64,000 bases of DNA from Octopus bimaculoides (lineage: Eukaryota): the NCBI RefSeq assembly GCF_001194135.2, contig NC_068991.1, forward strand, positions 79,654,319 through 79,718,318, in the 5' to 3' direction. Below the pieces are notes generated by a model. The model made no database searches, was not told the origin of the DNA, and was given only the letters and a program-made list of their open reading frames with translations. The stretch's first letter is position 1; every line of letters begins with the position of its first letter. Of the stretch, positions 24,193-37,300 are shown piece by piece. The translations under genes and the position numbers were made by a program.

Positions 24193-24994
24193 TTTCTTTT
24201 ATTTGCCACCAGAGCGAAGGATGAAGGAGACAATACAGAGACAGACATTAAATGTGCTAACTTATGGGGAATACGATGACAAAAAACGTAAATGTGCCGA
24301 AAGTAGTCACAGTATACACAAACTAATCTCCGTCCAAAATGTATTTAGACTTGATAAATCGAAACAGATTGATATATCATGCGCAACCATTTCCCTACAT
24401 ATTCAGAGAATTTATAACTAATAACCGTGAATGAAAATTTGGCCGATACAGCAATAATACGTTGTTTAAAAAATGCTGTAGAATTGCTTCAAATTATATC
24501 CCCAAATTTATATGCAAGTGTTCTGTTTTATCATAATGTTCACTCTCGTCTATTGCAACTATACCTTGTAATTCATATGCAAGCCTATAATTCATTGTAC
24601 ATTTATGTTATGCTTTCAATTCTTAATAATATTTACAAATCGTTCTTGTACAATATAATCGATATTGGCAAGATATATATGTTTCCTTTTGGAAATATTA
24701 ACCAGTTTCTTAAATTTCAGTTTTATTTTTATATTGCTCCATGTCGAAGCGTTTACAAGAGAAGCTGTGCAAAATGTTCCAGTTAGACTTAATAAGAAGC
24801 CATTGTAAATTGTTACGTCATTACAAGCGACAATTTCTTGTATTTGAAGCATCGAAATCATTCAAGATTATGGTTCATATATTCCCAGATTGGAAGACCT
24901 TGCTAACACTACTCTCTCTCTCCCTCTTTCCCTCTCTCTGTGTCTCTTTCTCTCTCACCCTGCACCCACACATATATGTGTGCAGGAGTGCGTT

Positions 24995-25041
<47 letters not shown>

Positions 25042-25334
25042 NNNNNNNNNNNNNNNNNNNNNNNNNNNNNNNNNNNNNNNNNNNNNNNNNNNNNNNNNNN
25101 NNNNNNNNNNNNNNNNNNNNNNNNNNNNNNNNNNNNNNNNNNNNNNNNNNNNNNNNNNNNNNNNNNNNNNNNNNNNNNNNNNNNNNNNNNNNNNNNNNNN
25201 NNNNNNNNNNNNNNNNNNNNNNNNNNNNNNNNNNNNNNNNNNNNNNNNNNNNNNNNNNNNNNNNNNNNNNNNNTATATATATATATATATATATATACAT
25301 ATATATACGTATATATAAACACACATATTTTTAA

Positions 25335-26237
25335 ATGTTTTATTTGTTTCTGTCATTACATTGTGGCCATGCTGGGGCACCGCCTTGAAGAAGTTTAGTC
25401 GAATGAAAGGACCCAAGTAGTTATGTGTATCCCTCTCGGTACATGTTTTGGGTACACGGCAAGCCAGCGGTTGTGCCGTGTGTTCACCATGTTATCCTGG
25501 CGTCAATTTCTTTCGTCTGTGAAAAATCAAAACATGCTCAAGTTTGTTCAAAAGCTTCATAGCGTGATATCTTTGATGGCTAGGGATAAAAATTGATCTT
25601 ACTGATTTTGTATGAGGAATACCGAATGTCTTCATTCACTATCTACCTGTTAAGAAACTGGCGATGGACATTGGAGGGATGAAGGGACCGTTGTCAATCA
25701 TGGCCTGGATCACACCAACACATTCAGTGCTGTCGTAATCACCATATGACGCATCCTACTTTATCCGAATCCTCTGCACTGTCTTCAGATTGACACCCAA
25801 ACATTCCGACCTGTTCATATTGGAGCTTCTGGCGCAAATGACCAGCAGTAAAGCATGTCGTCTTCAAAATACTGGCGGAGTGAATTGCGTGATTGTCCTG
25901 CTCTTCTCACACTTATGCGCACACACAGACAACCAACCAAATAGACGCATATATATATATGTGTGCGTGTGTCTATATGTAGATACACACACGCACACGT
26001 ATGCACAAACACACGTACACACATATATACGCCAATATACATACACATACACCAATCTCAATGTGTACATATACACACATATGTATTCTATTTTATCTCA
26101 TTAGTTATTCATTCAATTACGTTTTTTAATCGATTACACACACACACACACACTCACACGGACACAGACAGACAGATATACACACACATACACACACAAA
26201 CACAAACACACACACACACACACACAAACATATATAT

Positions 26238-26309
<72 letters not shown>

Positions 26310-26440
26310 GTGTATATATATATATATATATACAGCGGTCTTCTTTCAGGTTTCGTTCATCAAATCCACTCACAAGGCTTTTATCTGACCCGGTTTATTG
26401 TAGAAGCTATTAGCACATGGTTATGCAACAAGCTTCTCAA
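25335..26440 (-). mobile_element. SINE family B split in two (3' part 25335-25425, 5' part 26336-26440) around a mariner fragment and microsatellite
   Basis: tttatttgtttctgtcattacattgtggccatgctggggcaccgcctt is the family B tail in reverse. cttctttcaggtttcgttcatcaaatccactcacaaggcttt is the family B 5' body in reverse. Both compare with the intact copy at 45499-45960. Confidence 0.7.
25426..25930 (-). mobile_element. Tc1/mariner-superfamily transposase 5' fragment with internal deletions
   Basis: Minus strand SECLGVNLKTVQRIR...IQAMIDN...EDIRYSSYK...KLLNKL...FFTDERN.RQDNMVNTRHNRWLA..PKHVPR gives an HTH plus the first catalytic Asp (F-T/S-D-E). Confidence 0.75.
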
Positions 26441-28120
26441 TCTTAATCTCGCAGTTAGAAATTAAAAAAAAACATCCCAGATTTCATTGGTTGAATGTAA
26501 AAATGGTTCTGAAATTTGGAACCTGATTAAGCATGTTCTTTATGAACGCTAACGAAATTCTTAACATTGTATACACGTGTTAGAAAAATAGAAAATGGAT
26601 AAAATGTTATAAATATGATGGAAAATAAGGAAACAAATCTAAAATCTTAGCAAACAATCAAGAAAAGCAAACCTGTATTAAAAGTATTAAAACAATTTTT
26701 TATCCTTAGTGCAAAGTTCTTTTAATGTTCCTGCTGTTAATGTAATTCTATTGTATCATGCTCATAGTAATTGCGTTATAAATGTTGCATTTAAATACTT
26801 AATATCTGCTCTTTCATTTCGCAACTATCGTTTGAGGTTTGGAAGCATGAAGCTTTATTTCTCTGTGAATAAAGTTAACAAAATTTATATCTTGTTCGTG
26901 GTAGGAACGTGGCTGATAACTTGACCAAGTGTTACTGCATGGTGATAACATTTCGAGATATCTCTATAAAATGAATTCAGGTTACTGCCTGAACTTATAG
27001 TCGTTCACATTCAGGAGTAATTTCTGATTATGTTGTATATATTTTTATTTTAAGTTGCATTACAATTAAGTTTATTGATCTGATAAACCATTCAATTTTG
27101 ATAACGTATTTGTGAAATAGAAATTTTCTTTTATTTATTTATTTATTTATTTTTATTTTTGTTAGAAAACTTATTAACGTTTTGAAGGGCCTTCATTGCG
27201 TGGCCGAAATCATTTCTCTCATAATTTTCTCTCATAATTGACAACGAAATTTAATCTGATAATATCTTGCAATATTGTAGCATGTTATTAAAATAATTTT
27301 TGTTATTATTGTATTAGTTTCATTTTTTTTTTCTTTTTGATGAAAGTTATGATAGAGAAGAAAAACTTTTATTTGATAATTCTCTCAACATATTAAGTGA
27401 AGACTATATTAATGTTTTTTTTTCTTAATAAAACGTGAATATATGATTTTAGTATAATATGAATTCATGTGAAGATAATTGCACATTGAAAATAAATGTA
27501 TTAGACAAGTAGTGTCATGAAATGATTCAGTTAATATGTGTGAATCCTAGAGTGACTTTAGTTATATCTGAAACACTGCAGGTAGTTTACAAATGTTTGT
27601 GGACTCATTATTCTAGGGATGACTGCGAAGGCATAAAATTTAAGGTCCTCCCCGATGTTGCCATTGAAAAATACATGAAAACGATGTAATAATCATTTGA
27701 TGCTTTTTCCAGTGATAAGGGATACTATATTTCTAATTTAGCAGGTCATGTGCAATAGCCAGTGTTTGTGTCAGTAGTTATTTCTATATAAAATGTGTCC
27801 CATATTTATGAGACAAACTGTATAAAACGAAGTTTATTTAACGCCCCATAACTGACTGAGGCTAAACTTGACGGATGTTTACCGATCATGTTATGGTGAA
27901 ATATGTACGTGATGCATATGCCCTTTTAGTTTAAATATAAAATTATTGATCAGATCTTCCTCGTCTAGTGACATGATTAAGTAGATTCCATATATTTTTA
28001 ATACTGCAAATAATTAGACATTTCAAGAAATAATACGACATAAATTAAGAAAATAATTTCTTCCCTTTTTTTTTTACAGTTTCTTAGATATACTGTGTTT
28101 GATCTGAACTCCCACCACTT

Positions 28121-28184
28121 ATATACATACATACATACATACATACATACATACATACATACATACATACATACATACACACAA

Positions 28185-28220
<36 letters not shown>
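28121..28220. repeat. (TACA)n then (TA)n compound microsatellite
   Basis: Directly visible tandem array. Confidence 0.95.
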
Positions 28221-28222
<2 letters not shown>

Positions 28223-28827
28223 GGTTTAGATTTAGATTCAAGATTGAATATGGTACTTATGTTTCGGCACCAGAATATAGTATGGAATGGTATTATACAA
28301 AAACCATTCCAAAAAAACTAGGTGATCAAAAAATCAAAATAAGCAACACGGATTTCAAAGATGATTGCAGTACGCACGTTTCATGCTACTCCATTTATTT
28401 AAGTAATGCGAGCATNNNNNNNNNNNNNNNNNNNNNNNNNNNNNNNNNNNNNNNNNNNNNNNNNNNNNNNNNNNNNNNNNNNNNNNNNNNNNNNNNNNNN
28501 NNNNNNNNNNNNNNNNNNNNNNNNNNNNNNNNNNNNNNNNNNNNNNNNNNNNNNNNNNNNNNNNNNNNNNNNNNNNNNNNNNNNNNNNNNNNNNNNNNNN
28601 NNNNNNNNNNNNNNNNNNNNNNNNNNNNNNNNNNNNNNNNNNNNNNNNNNNNNNNNNNNNNNNNNNNNNNNNNNNNNNNNNNNNNNNNNNNNNNNNNNNN
28701 NNNNNNNNNNNNNNNNNNNNNNNNNNNNNNNNNNNNNNNNNNNNNNNNNNNNNNNNNNNNNNNNNNNNNNNNNNNNNNNNNNNNNNNNNNNNNNNNNNNN
28801 NNNNNNNNNNNNNNNNNNNNNNNNNNN

Positions 28828-28859
<32 letters not shown>

Positions 28860-28870
<11 letters not shown>

Positions 28871-29970
28871 TTGCCAAAGGAATTTCCTCTGCTGAGGGCA
28901 TTGTCAAAGCACTTAGTTTTTGGAGTTCAAAATGGTGCCCGGATGAGGTGAGGTTTTCAGGATACTTGCTCTTTCGTCGAAACAAGGCTTGCACCGTTTG
29001 CTCCTATTCAGATGTACTTTCAGTTGCTTAAAGACCTGCATTTAATTATGCATGGCGCACCCTCCTGTTTTAAAGGTTATATGTAACTTCCAGGAACATG
29101 ATGTTGCACCTCTTTGATATATCTTAAAAGAGAACTTGTGGTTATTCAGACGCCCCTTGAATACGCCGATGACTGTAGAGCCGCCGTATATTCCAGTCTG
29201 TGCCCTTTGTACCGGTGTTGTTACATCCACTGTTATCGCTGCTGTCGTTGACGTTGGCGATGTTACTGTCAGTGCTAGTGCTGCCGCTGTTACTGCTGCT
29301 TCCGCTGCTGTTGTTGCTGGCGTCGATTACACTGATTAGCCTATTGGTGGACGCGATCCTTGTGTTGCATTTGCCGCTGCTCTTACTGCCACTACCGGGC
29401 GCATTCCTGGTGCCGCTGCCGCTGTTGTAGCTGTTTGTTTTGATACCACTGTTGCAGCTGTTGGTATTGCTGTGGTGACTGTCGCTGCTGCTTAGATCGC
29501 TGTTCGTGTAACTACTTCCCACCATCGCCGCTGTATTTGTTGTCGCTGTTGATCTTGCTATCGGGGGGGGGGGTTGTTTGTTCCGTTGCTGCCCCTGCTG
29601 TTACTGCCAACGCTGCTGCTGTGGTCACCAGTGGTCTCGGAGTTGCATCAATACCCCACTGGGCATTCATTGTAAACCCTACATGAGTACCCTGCCCCTA
29701 CTCGTCGCTTAGGGGTACTCATTGATATTTTTTTAACGCTGGGCGCCCAACCAAAAGAGACTCAGTGTCTATTTAATATAACACCCGAATTTGTTTGGGT
29801 GTGTGAAGTGTTTGCCCATTAATCTAGTGAATATTCTTCCCATGCCAGTCTTGAGGTTGAGTGAGAATGATGGGGCAAACCAAACGTCTTTAGGGTAGCA
29901 CTTCCCTGCTTTGTCCAGTGTCCAACGTCTTTAGGGTGGCACTTCTCCGCTTTGGCCAGGGTCAAACCAC
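28860..29970 (-). mobile_element. Probable 5' region (UTR plus Thr/Ala-rich ORF1 N-terminus) of a non-LTR retrotransposon
   Basis: GC-rich island in AT-rich context. The minus strand is a frameshifted GCA/ACA/AGC-rich low-complexity coding-like tract, preceded by a hairpin and a 41 bp tandem duplication. No diagnostic domain was recognised, so the family is inferred. Confidence 0.35.
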
Positions 29971-30554
29971 AGGTCTCATGACATTCTCAACACACCATGA
30001 CACCTAAACCGAACACAAGTCAACTTAAGTAATTTACTAAAACCACACACATTGGTTGGTGAGAATACAGTTTGCAAAAATTTACATTCTGGAGCCTATG
30101 CAAATGAAGTTAAGGTACACAGTTTAGCCATCTCGCCAGAGATCTAAGTTGTAAAACATAACTGTCACAACTACTACATGAACCTGAAGATTGCATAGTT
30201 TAATGCATGAAAGTTCAACCAGAATGGACATTTAATATCCTATCATTTCATTATATTTTCTTATATTACAAAGTTGGAATTTCTTTTCAGTAATATATGC
30301 ATATATACATATATACATATATACATATATACATATTACCCAAACGAATTCCAGCTTTGTCTGATTTTCACGTTTTATTTACACTCTTATAATAATATAA
30401 TATAGTATAATGAAATGATAGAATATTAAGTGTCCATTCTGATTGAACTACTACTTTTCTTATATGTGTGTGTGTGTGTGTGTGTGTGAGTGTATGTGTG
30501 TGTGTGCGTGTGCGTGTGTATGAATGTACCTGTGTTTTTGTATCTGTTTTTGTC

Positions 30555-30760
30555 CCCACCCCCATCATCAATTGACAACCAGTGTTGAGGTGTTTTTGGA
30601 TTCATAACATAGTGGTTTGGCAAACGTTACTGATAGAATAAATACTAGGCTTAAAAAATAAAACCTGGGGGTCGATTTCTTTGACGAAAAAGGTTTTCAA
30701 GATGGTGATCCAGCATGGCAGCAGTCAAATGCCTGAAGCATGTAAAAGAATAAAAGAACA
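30555..30760 (+). mobile_element. SINE family B, 3' half
   Basis: ttgacaaccagtgttg...gatagaataaatactaggctt...ggggtcgattt...aagatggtgatccagcatggcagcagtcaaatgcctgaagca...aaaagaataaaag matches the tail of the 45499-45960 copy. Confidence 0.75.
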
Positions 30761-32360
30761 TGCGTGTGTGTATGTATGTATGTATGTATGTATTTCCGGG
30801 AAAACGAGCACTTCACTTTCGCTTTCAGTTTCACTACGGTTTCCTCCCTCCCCATCTAAAAATTCGCTTACTTCAACGGACGAACACATTTATAAACGTC
30901 TCGATAAATGCTTGGTGTGTCTTTCTTCACTCGTTCTTCATTGGTTATAAAACTATCAAACTTCATCGAAAATTTCCTATCGCTGAGGAAATTTGTGGAA
31001 TAATGATACTTGTTACAACAGGCGTGTTATTGCTCATAATAAAATTTAATCTATCATCTAAATAATTTGTGTTCTTCTTGCGGATTATACATTACTTAAA
31101 CACATAATTAGGTATTCGTGATGTACAATGCCTATCTATCTATACATCTATATCTAACTGACTTCATGAATATAAACATATATACAACACACAGACACAC
31201 ACGCATACATATATATGTATGCATATGTATGCATATGTATGCATAAATATGCAAACTCACGCACATTCATATTAAACACATACATATATACATTCATCGG
31301 AACGATATACTTCATACATTCATATGTTTTAACTACATTAAAAGACCATTTATATATAACTGTTATCATTTTAATGGAGAAGATTTGTGACGTAACTTCA
31401 TGAAGTTTACACTAGAGAATCAGAAGCAGCCATTTATGCAGGTTTCTTGATTTCTACAGAGAAGTCATGCTTTAGCTATTTCAGGTCAGTCACAAAATTT
31501 AGATAAGTTAGGCTTCTCTTCCGTTTATTTGTCCAAATGTACGAGGGTTTTGATGTCACAGCATGCGAACTTCATTGGGCATTAGTGGGGGAGGGGGAAC
31601 GGAAAGAAAAGAAGGAAAGAGCTCCAGACCGAAAGAGAGTGAAAATCACTGTTAAAGCGACAGTCAGGCTAACATATAGAGTACCTAGGTTTGTTTTTCT
31701 GTAGTTTTCTCTCAAAATTTTTTTTGCTTAAAGTCATTTTTTTTTTCCTTTTTGAAAAGCAGTACAATTCAATTAAATTGTGTATTCTCATTGATAGCCA
31801 CAAAACGAAGGGAATTATTTTTTTTTAGCATTTTCTGCAACGCGAAAAAACTATTCATTTCATAATAATTGTAACTGGAACGAAAGCGATGTAAAATTGG
31901 TTTTAATAATATTCCAGAATCACCAAACTAGTTTCATGTAAATTAATGAAAGGAAATAAATATTCGACAGGTCTCGAAACTTTGAATTTAATTTTCCATT
32001 GATAACTATTACCTTTTTTTTCCCACTTTTTCCGGAACACTTTCTGAAGGAAGCTCATTGGTGATCTTTCACAGATATCGCTTTAGAAATAACGCGCTAT
32101 TAGGAGGGCTTAAAGCGCGGTTTTCAACAATATAGTTTTCAGATTCGCAGACTGTACGGTCTAGCTCCAATTGCAAACGATTGTTAACCCTATATGCCTT
32201 GACAGTGGCAGTCTTCATCTTTTCTATTCCCATACATATACCAGAGCTTTACGGGAAAATATTCCAGATGATGGAAAACCGTGGTTACAGGATGTAGAGA
32301 GAACCGTATAGATATGTTTAATGATACATTCATACGTGTATATATATATATGTATATATA

Positions 32361-33073
32361 GTAAACATTATTTGCCAACATAATGTGGCAGTCCTGACAA
32401 GGACGATTCTTACTCTTAGTTAGCTCCAGGAAACATCATTTCCTGCTGGCTATACGACACTATCTGCATCCTTATATTTCCGAAAAGGGTGTTTGGCGTC
32501 CGCACTTAGCTTAGAGTAACATCTGTGTACCAATGGCTTCTGGGATATTTCCCCTATTCAGCACAGAATAACTGCTCAACTAGAGATGGCGCCACTAAAC
32601 CCTTGTTCGAAATATATATTTTTCAAAGTGGCACACAGGCACTGATCTAATGAATAGAAAATTAAGATTTCTAAATCTCTGAACGAGAGAGTTCAGTAAC
32701 AGTACTCTAGAGTAAAGATTATTTGCTAGCCAAACGTGGCAGTCATGGTTAGGATGAGTGTTACTGTTATTTAATAATAGGAAACATCGTCAGCAGCTGG
32801 CTTTTTGACACACTATCTGCGTCCTTATATTTTCGAACAAGGGAGTTTAGGGTCCCTACTCACCTGAGAGCAATATCTGTGTGCCAATGGTTTCTGGGTT
32901 ATTTCATTTCATCAGAACACAATAACCACGACTCTGGGTTATGAGCTGAGTGGGGACCCTAAACTCCCTTGTTCGAAATATATATTTTTCAAAGTGGCAC
33001 ACAGGCACTGATCTAATGAATAGAAAATTAAGATTTCTAAATCTCTGAACGAGAGAGTTCAGTAACAGTACTC
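32361..33073 (+). repeat. Two tandem units of about 350 bp derived from the hairpin MITE family, each with a nested inverted repeat
   Basis: Units start at 32361 (gtaaacattatttgcc...gtggcagtcc) and 32712 (gtaaagattatttgct...gtggcagtca) and resemble the left arm at 4750. 32600-32707 is identical to 32966-33073. Inner arms in unit 2 are 32826-32862 and 32946-32986. Confidence 0.75.
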
Positions 33074-33490
33074 NNNNNNNNNNNNNNNNNNNNNNNNNNN
33101 NNNNNNNNNNNNNNNNNNNNNNNNNNNNNNNNNNNNNNNNNNNNNNNNNNNNNNNNNNNNNNNNNNNNNNNNNNNNNNNNNNNNNNNNNNNNNNNNNNNN
33201 NNNNNNNNNNNNNNNNNNNNNNNNNNNNNNNNNNNNNNNNNNNNNNNNNNNNNNNNNNNNNNNNNNNNNNNNNNNNNNNNNNNNNNNNNNNNNNNNNNNN
33301 NNNNNNNNNNNNNATATATATGTGGTATATGCATCACATTCATACACACGTAAACACGCACATAAATATATATAGATACACATCGTAGATGTAATAGATT
33401 TGTTAACTGGAATAAATGGATGCGGTATAACTTTCACTTAATCCGATTAAATTAGAGGGAGAAAAACTGTCTCTCTTTATATATATGTAT

Positions 33491-33522
<32 letters not shown>

Positions 33523-34497
33523 GCGTGAGTATGCGCGTGTTGTGTGTATGCGTGTGTGTGTGTGTGTGTGAGTGTGTGTGTGTGTGTATGTGTGTGTTTG
33601 TGCGCGTGTGTGTGTGTGTGTGTGAGTATGTGTGTGTGTGTGTCAGTGTGTGTACATGCATATATAGTTACATAGTTTGAAGCAATAACAGTATATCAAA
33701 TCACTTCTGCACGATTTCTAGTAGACTAAACAAACTCTAGAATGCCTTGGTAAAGACGCTGTGAAGCGCTGAAGCATTGTGTATGTCTGAGCGTTTGTGA
33801 TTAAATAGCATAGATACCGATGTCAGAAGTGAGGTGTCAGCTCGATTATGGCTATCTGTAGAAGGAAACGAAGTGATATGGCAGTTTAATAGCAGATCAA
33901 GTAAATGGCTGGAGAGTGACACTGATTTTCAACATTTCAACAACTGTAGACATTTTACTTGTCGGACAGGTTATCAACTCTTTTATAACTTAAAATTAAC
34001 TTTTATTGCGTACGATAAAACAAGTTCACTGTCTCATATTCTGGTAACCTAGCATTGATTTCTCTCTTATTCAGCAACCCATCCCGAGGCAAATCGATAT
34101 TAATTTCTTAACGCTGTTTGCTTTTGCCTTCTGTCCTTACACACACAGACACACAGACACACACATGCACAAATACACACACACACACACACACAGACAT
34201 ATACATATGCAGACAGCGAGTTAACTATGGAGGGAATATAAGTAGGTATATATGTGTGTATGTTGCGGTGCGTGTAACAATGTATATGTGTCTTTGTGTT
34301 CATGCATCATGAAATTCTCTATTATCACTCAATTTAAAGTAATAATATTTCATATTAGTGTTATATGCATGGGTTTGTGGTCTAAATTATTTTATCGCAA
34401 TTTACATGGTTTCATATTCGATGTAAACATGTGGAAACTTGAGGGAGTAACTTCCATCAGTTTTGCGGCAAAAATACCATACATACATACGTACATG

Positions 34498-34556
<59 letters not shown>

Positions 34557-34879
34557 ATTTAATCTTCAGTTGTATTCGGTATTTAAATTGAGGCACCTTG
34601 CCATCTCGGTATAGTGCACACAGCTCCAAGTGAGATGAACAGAATAGAAATACATAATAAGAATATACAGGGATCAATACATTACGGCCGTTTCAAGCTG
34701 CTTCTTTTAATCGATCAATGAAAACATTACATCAGTTTGAAAGACACCTCAGATATAAAATTAGGAAGTAATGTAAATATTTTAGTTTCTAGTATTGATG
34801 TAAATTTGTTAAAAATGGTTTATTCGTTATGCAGGAAATCTATATGGTCATCTACATCTTAGTAGAGCAGTTCCTTTCA

Positions 34880-35340
34880 AATTGAAGAAATATTTTGGAG
34901 GAACATCTCGTGTAAGATGATACCAGCTGTCTACCGAACGTATAGTGAAGGTTGACACACTACCTTCCTTTAGCAGAAATCGAAGGAAGATCTATCTCTG
35001 CTTACTGGCTGTTGCAAAAATGGTTGTGTGGCGGACACGTTTGAAAAGTTTTGAAACAATCACTTTCTGATCTGGTGAAGCTCTCATCAGTTCCTTCAAA
35101 TATTATTTGAAGAGGAAGGTGAGGGTAGAGAGGGGGTGCCGCCTTTTAGTGCGTTTATCAAAAGGTAGAGGAGAGTGGCATGTTTGATGAAACTGTTTGA
35201 TGAAACTGTATGGATTACACTGTGTATGCTTTTTCTGAGTAGCAGGAGTGAAACTTGGAGATGACAATTTGCTATAGCTTAAGGATAGCAAACTAATCCG
35301 GGTCTTTTGTGTGGGTTTTACTCCGAATTACTTGAGTGAA
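34880..35340 (+). mobile_element. Tx1/L1-like LINE 3' end (ORF2 C-terminus plus 3' UTR)
   Basis: LSTERIVKVDTLPSF...IYLCLLAVAKMVVWRTRLKSFETITF.SGEALISSFKYYLKRKVRVER contains the AK..VW..R motif found near the end of L1/Tx1 ORF2. Confidence 0.7.
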
Positions 35341-36621
35341 ATTTTTATTAATTCTATTAATTAACTATTTATTTCTCTAGCTTCTATTTATATATCTCTT
35401 ATATCCTTGACTTTGGATATAGGCTACACTGTAACAATGTTATAACACTCCAAAAACTAAATCAGTAACAAACACGTAACAAACTTATATCTCTTCCCAA
35501 CGGCTTCTATGACTGCTTTCACAAACGCGACTGCACACACCACACTGTGCGTCGCACTGTCAGTAAGCATGCGCCTTTATGATATCTAGCACAGTTCACT
35601 TTCTAGCTCACAAGGATTTTTCCACAACAATATCCATTTTTATATCCTTTAATATTGTAGTGTCTCCCTTTGATCAATGTAAAGCCGAACCGCTTTCGTG
35701 TGTTTTATCTCATCCTTTGATATTGTTCTCCATGTCTTGGGCCCCTGAAGCCAACAAAAGAAATTATTATTATCGTTGTTCTTGTTGTTCACATATAATT
35801 TAATTAGTATTTACTTTCGAAACTAATTTCAGCGAGCATGGAAATATTCTCTGTCTTCTTCATAGTCCATAAATTGTAGCTGGCAGATAAGGATAATTTT
35901 GACTAAATTCTTTCAACTCGTTACTTCAACAGCCTACTTCAACCACACCATTTCAGTTCAGTGTTTCACTTTGCAATTTCACTTAACACACGTGAAATAA
36001 ATATCCTTTCAGTGATCGCGGTGATCTACTGTGGCATTCGCCGATGCCTACATCACGTTTTGAGGCATTAAGTATTTGAGGAGATAGTAAGCAAGTTTAT
36101 TGTCGGTGTTATTTCGCATGAGAAAATTGATTACCGCAATACAATAAAGAATGGGATACACTACTCGTCCTTTTCATAGTGTTAACACTGGTTAGCTATA
36201 TCTATTGTATGAAACCGCACTTTGATACCTGAGTCAACACTCGAAATTAAGTGTCATGTACCCGCACAAAATGCTGCACCCCGAATACATACTTCAGATT
36301 GAAGAGTAGGATGACGAAGAATGCAATACACATTTTTCATAAAAATTTATGTGTGAAGATAAACTTTTCATAAGCTTATTATCACACGTTTCCCTTGGTA
36401 CTGAACGTCACTATGCTCTTGGGGGATGTTTTCATTAATTGAATGGATAAAAGTAATATTTGCTTCGAGATAGTTTTCTTTTCTTGGGGTCACTCCATAT
36501 TTATAGTATAACTAAATAAATTAGTCTTAGCATATTTTATTTACGGAACATTGAAAAGCTAAATAAAAACATATATGAAGCAAGAAAAATATTTTATGGT
36601 TAATATTAGCTGCATTGTTGA

Positions 36622-36785
36622 AGGTGGCAAGCTGGACAAAATGTCGTCCGTTTTTATATTTTGAGTTCAAATTCCACCGAGATACACTCTGTCTTTCATC
36701 CGTTCGGGACCCATAAAAAAAATTACCAGTTGACCACTGGAGTCGATGTAATCGACTTAAACCTTCCAGCGAAATTGCTTGAAAC
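36622..36785 (+). mobile_element. SINE family A, internally deleted
   Basis: ggtggcaagctgg...ttgagttcaaattccaccgag...ctttcatccgttcggg...taccagttgaccactggagtcgatgtaatcgacttaacc. Confidence 0.8.
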
Positions 36786-37004
36786 CAATATGTCATATCC
36801 GAGATGCATTGGAAATGTTTTCGGAATTATTTTAGGAGAGGTAGTTATATCTGTCTTAGGTTATTGTAATTTTAATATATCATGATTACACATCACATAA
36901 ACTGATTACCAAGTTTTATAATTCCAAACGGAAGGAGATGGATGTCTACACCCTACTAAATACTGCTTGTCACAGATGACTACTTTGCATAACGTAGTTG
37001 GAAC

Positions 37005-37300
37005 GTATGCAATACAATTTTGTGTTGAGCTGGGCAAAAACGTTACAGATATTTATGAAATGCTTTTCGCTGGCACAAGAGGTTCAAGGGTGGTAAAGAA
37101 AAAGTGAGTAAAGATGAAAAGAAGGTCAGAACATGAGAGTTAGTTGAGAAAATTCGCAAATTTTGTCGATGAAAATCGTCATGTGGTTATAAAGAAGCAT
37201 ATTATTGGTATTGCAATTATACACAGAATTATCCATAAAGAACTGAATATAGGCAGGATTTGTGCAGACTTCGATCCCAGGGTGCTTAGACTGTTTGTAA
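37005..37300 (+). mobile_element. Mariner transposase N-terminal fossil
   Basis: IQFCVELGKNVTDIYEML...RWHKRFKGG...KFVDENRHV...IHRIIHKELNIGRICADFDPRVL corresponds to the mariner HTH1/HTH2 and the WVPR.L linker. Confidence 0.75.

Noticed and set aside
23952-24421. Poly-His, poly-Asp and poly-Met ORFs
   Set aside because: All are frames of one (GAT)n microsatellite, with no flanking domain or splice evidence.
30186-30225. CTGAAGA-tgcat/atgca-GAAA hammerhead-like core
   Set aside because: Helix III and the cleavage triplet are absent and the helix II closing pair is T-T. At most a deleted remnant.
29881-33073. CRISPR-like repeat-spacer interpretation of the 41 bp and 108 bp direct repeats
   Set aside because: There are only two copies each, no unique spacers of regular length, no cas genes, and the context is eukaryotic.
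33810-34010. WWE-like peptide VIWQFNSRSSKWLESD
   Set aside because: Only two Trp and one Glu match, the acceptor site is weak, and no other support was found.
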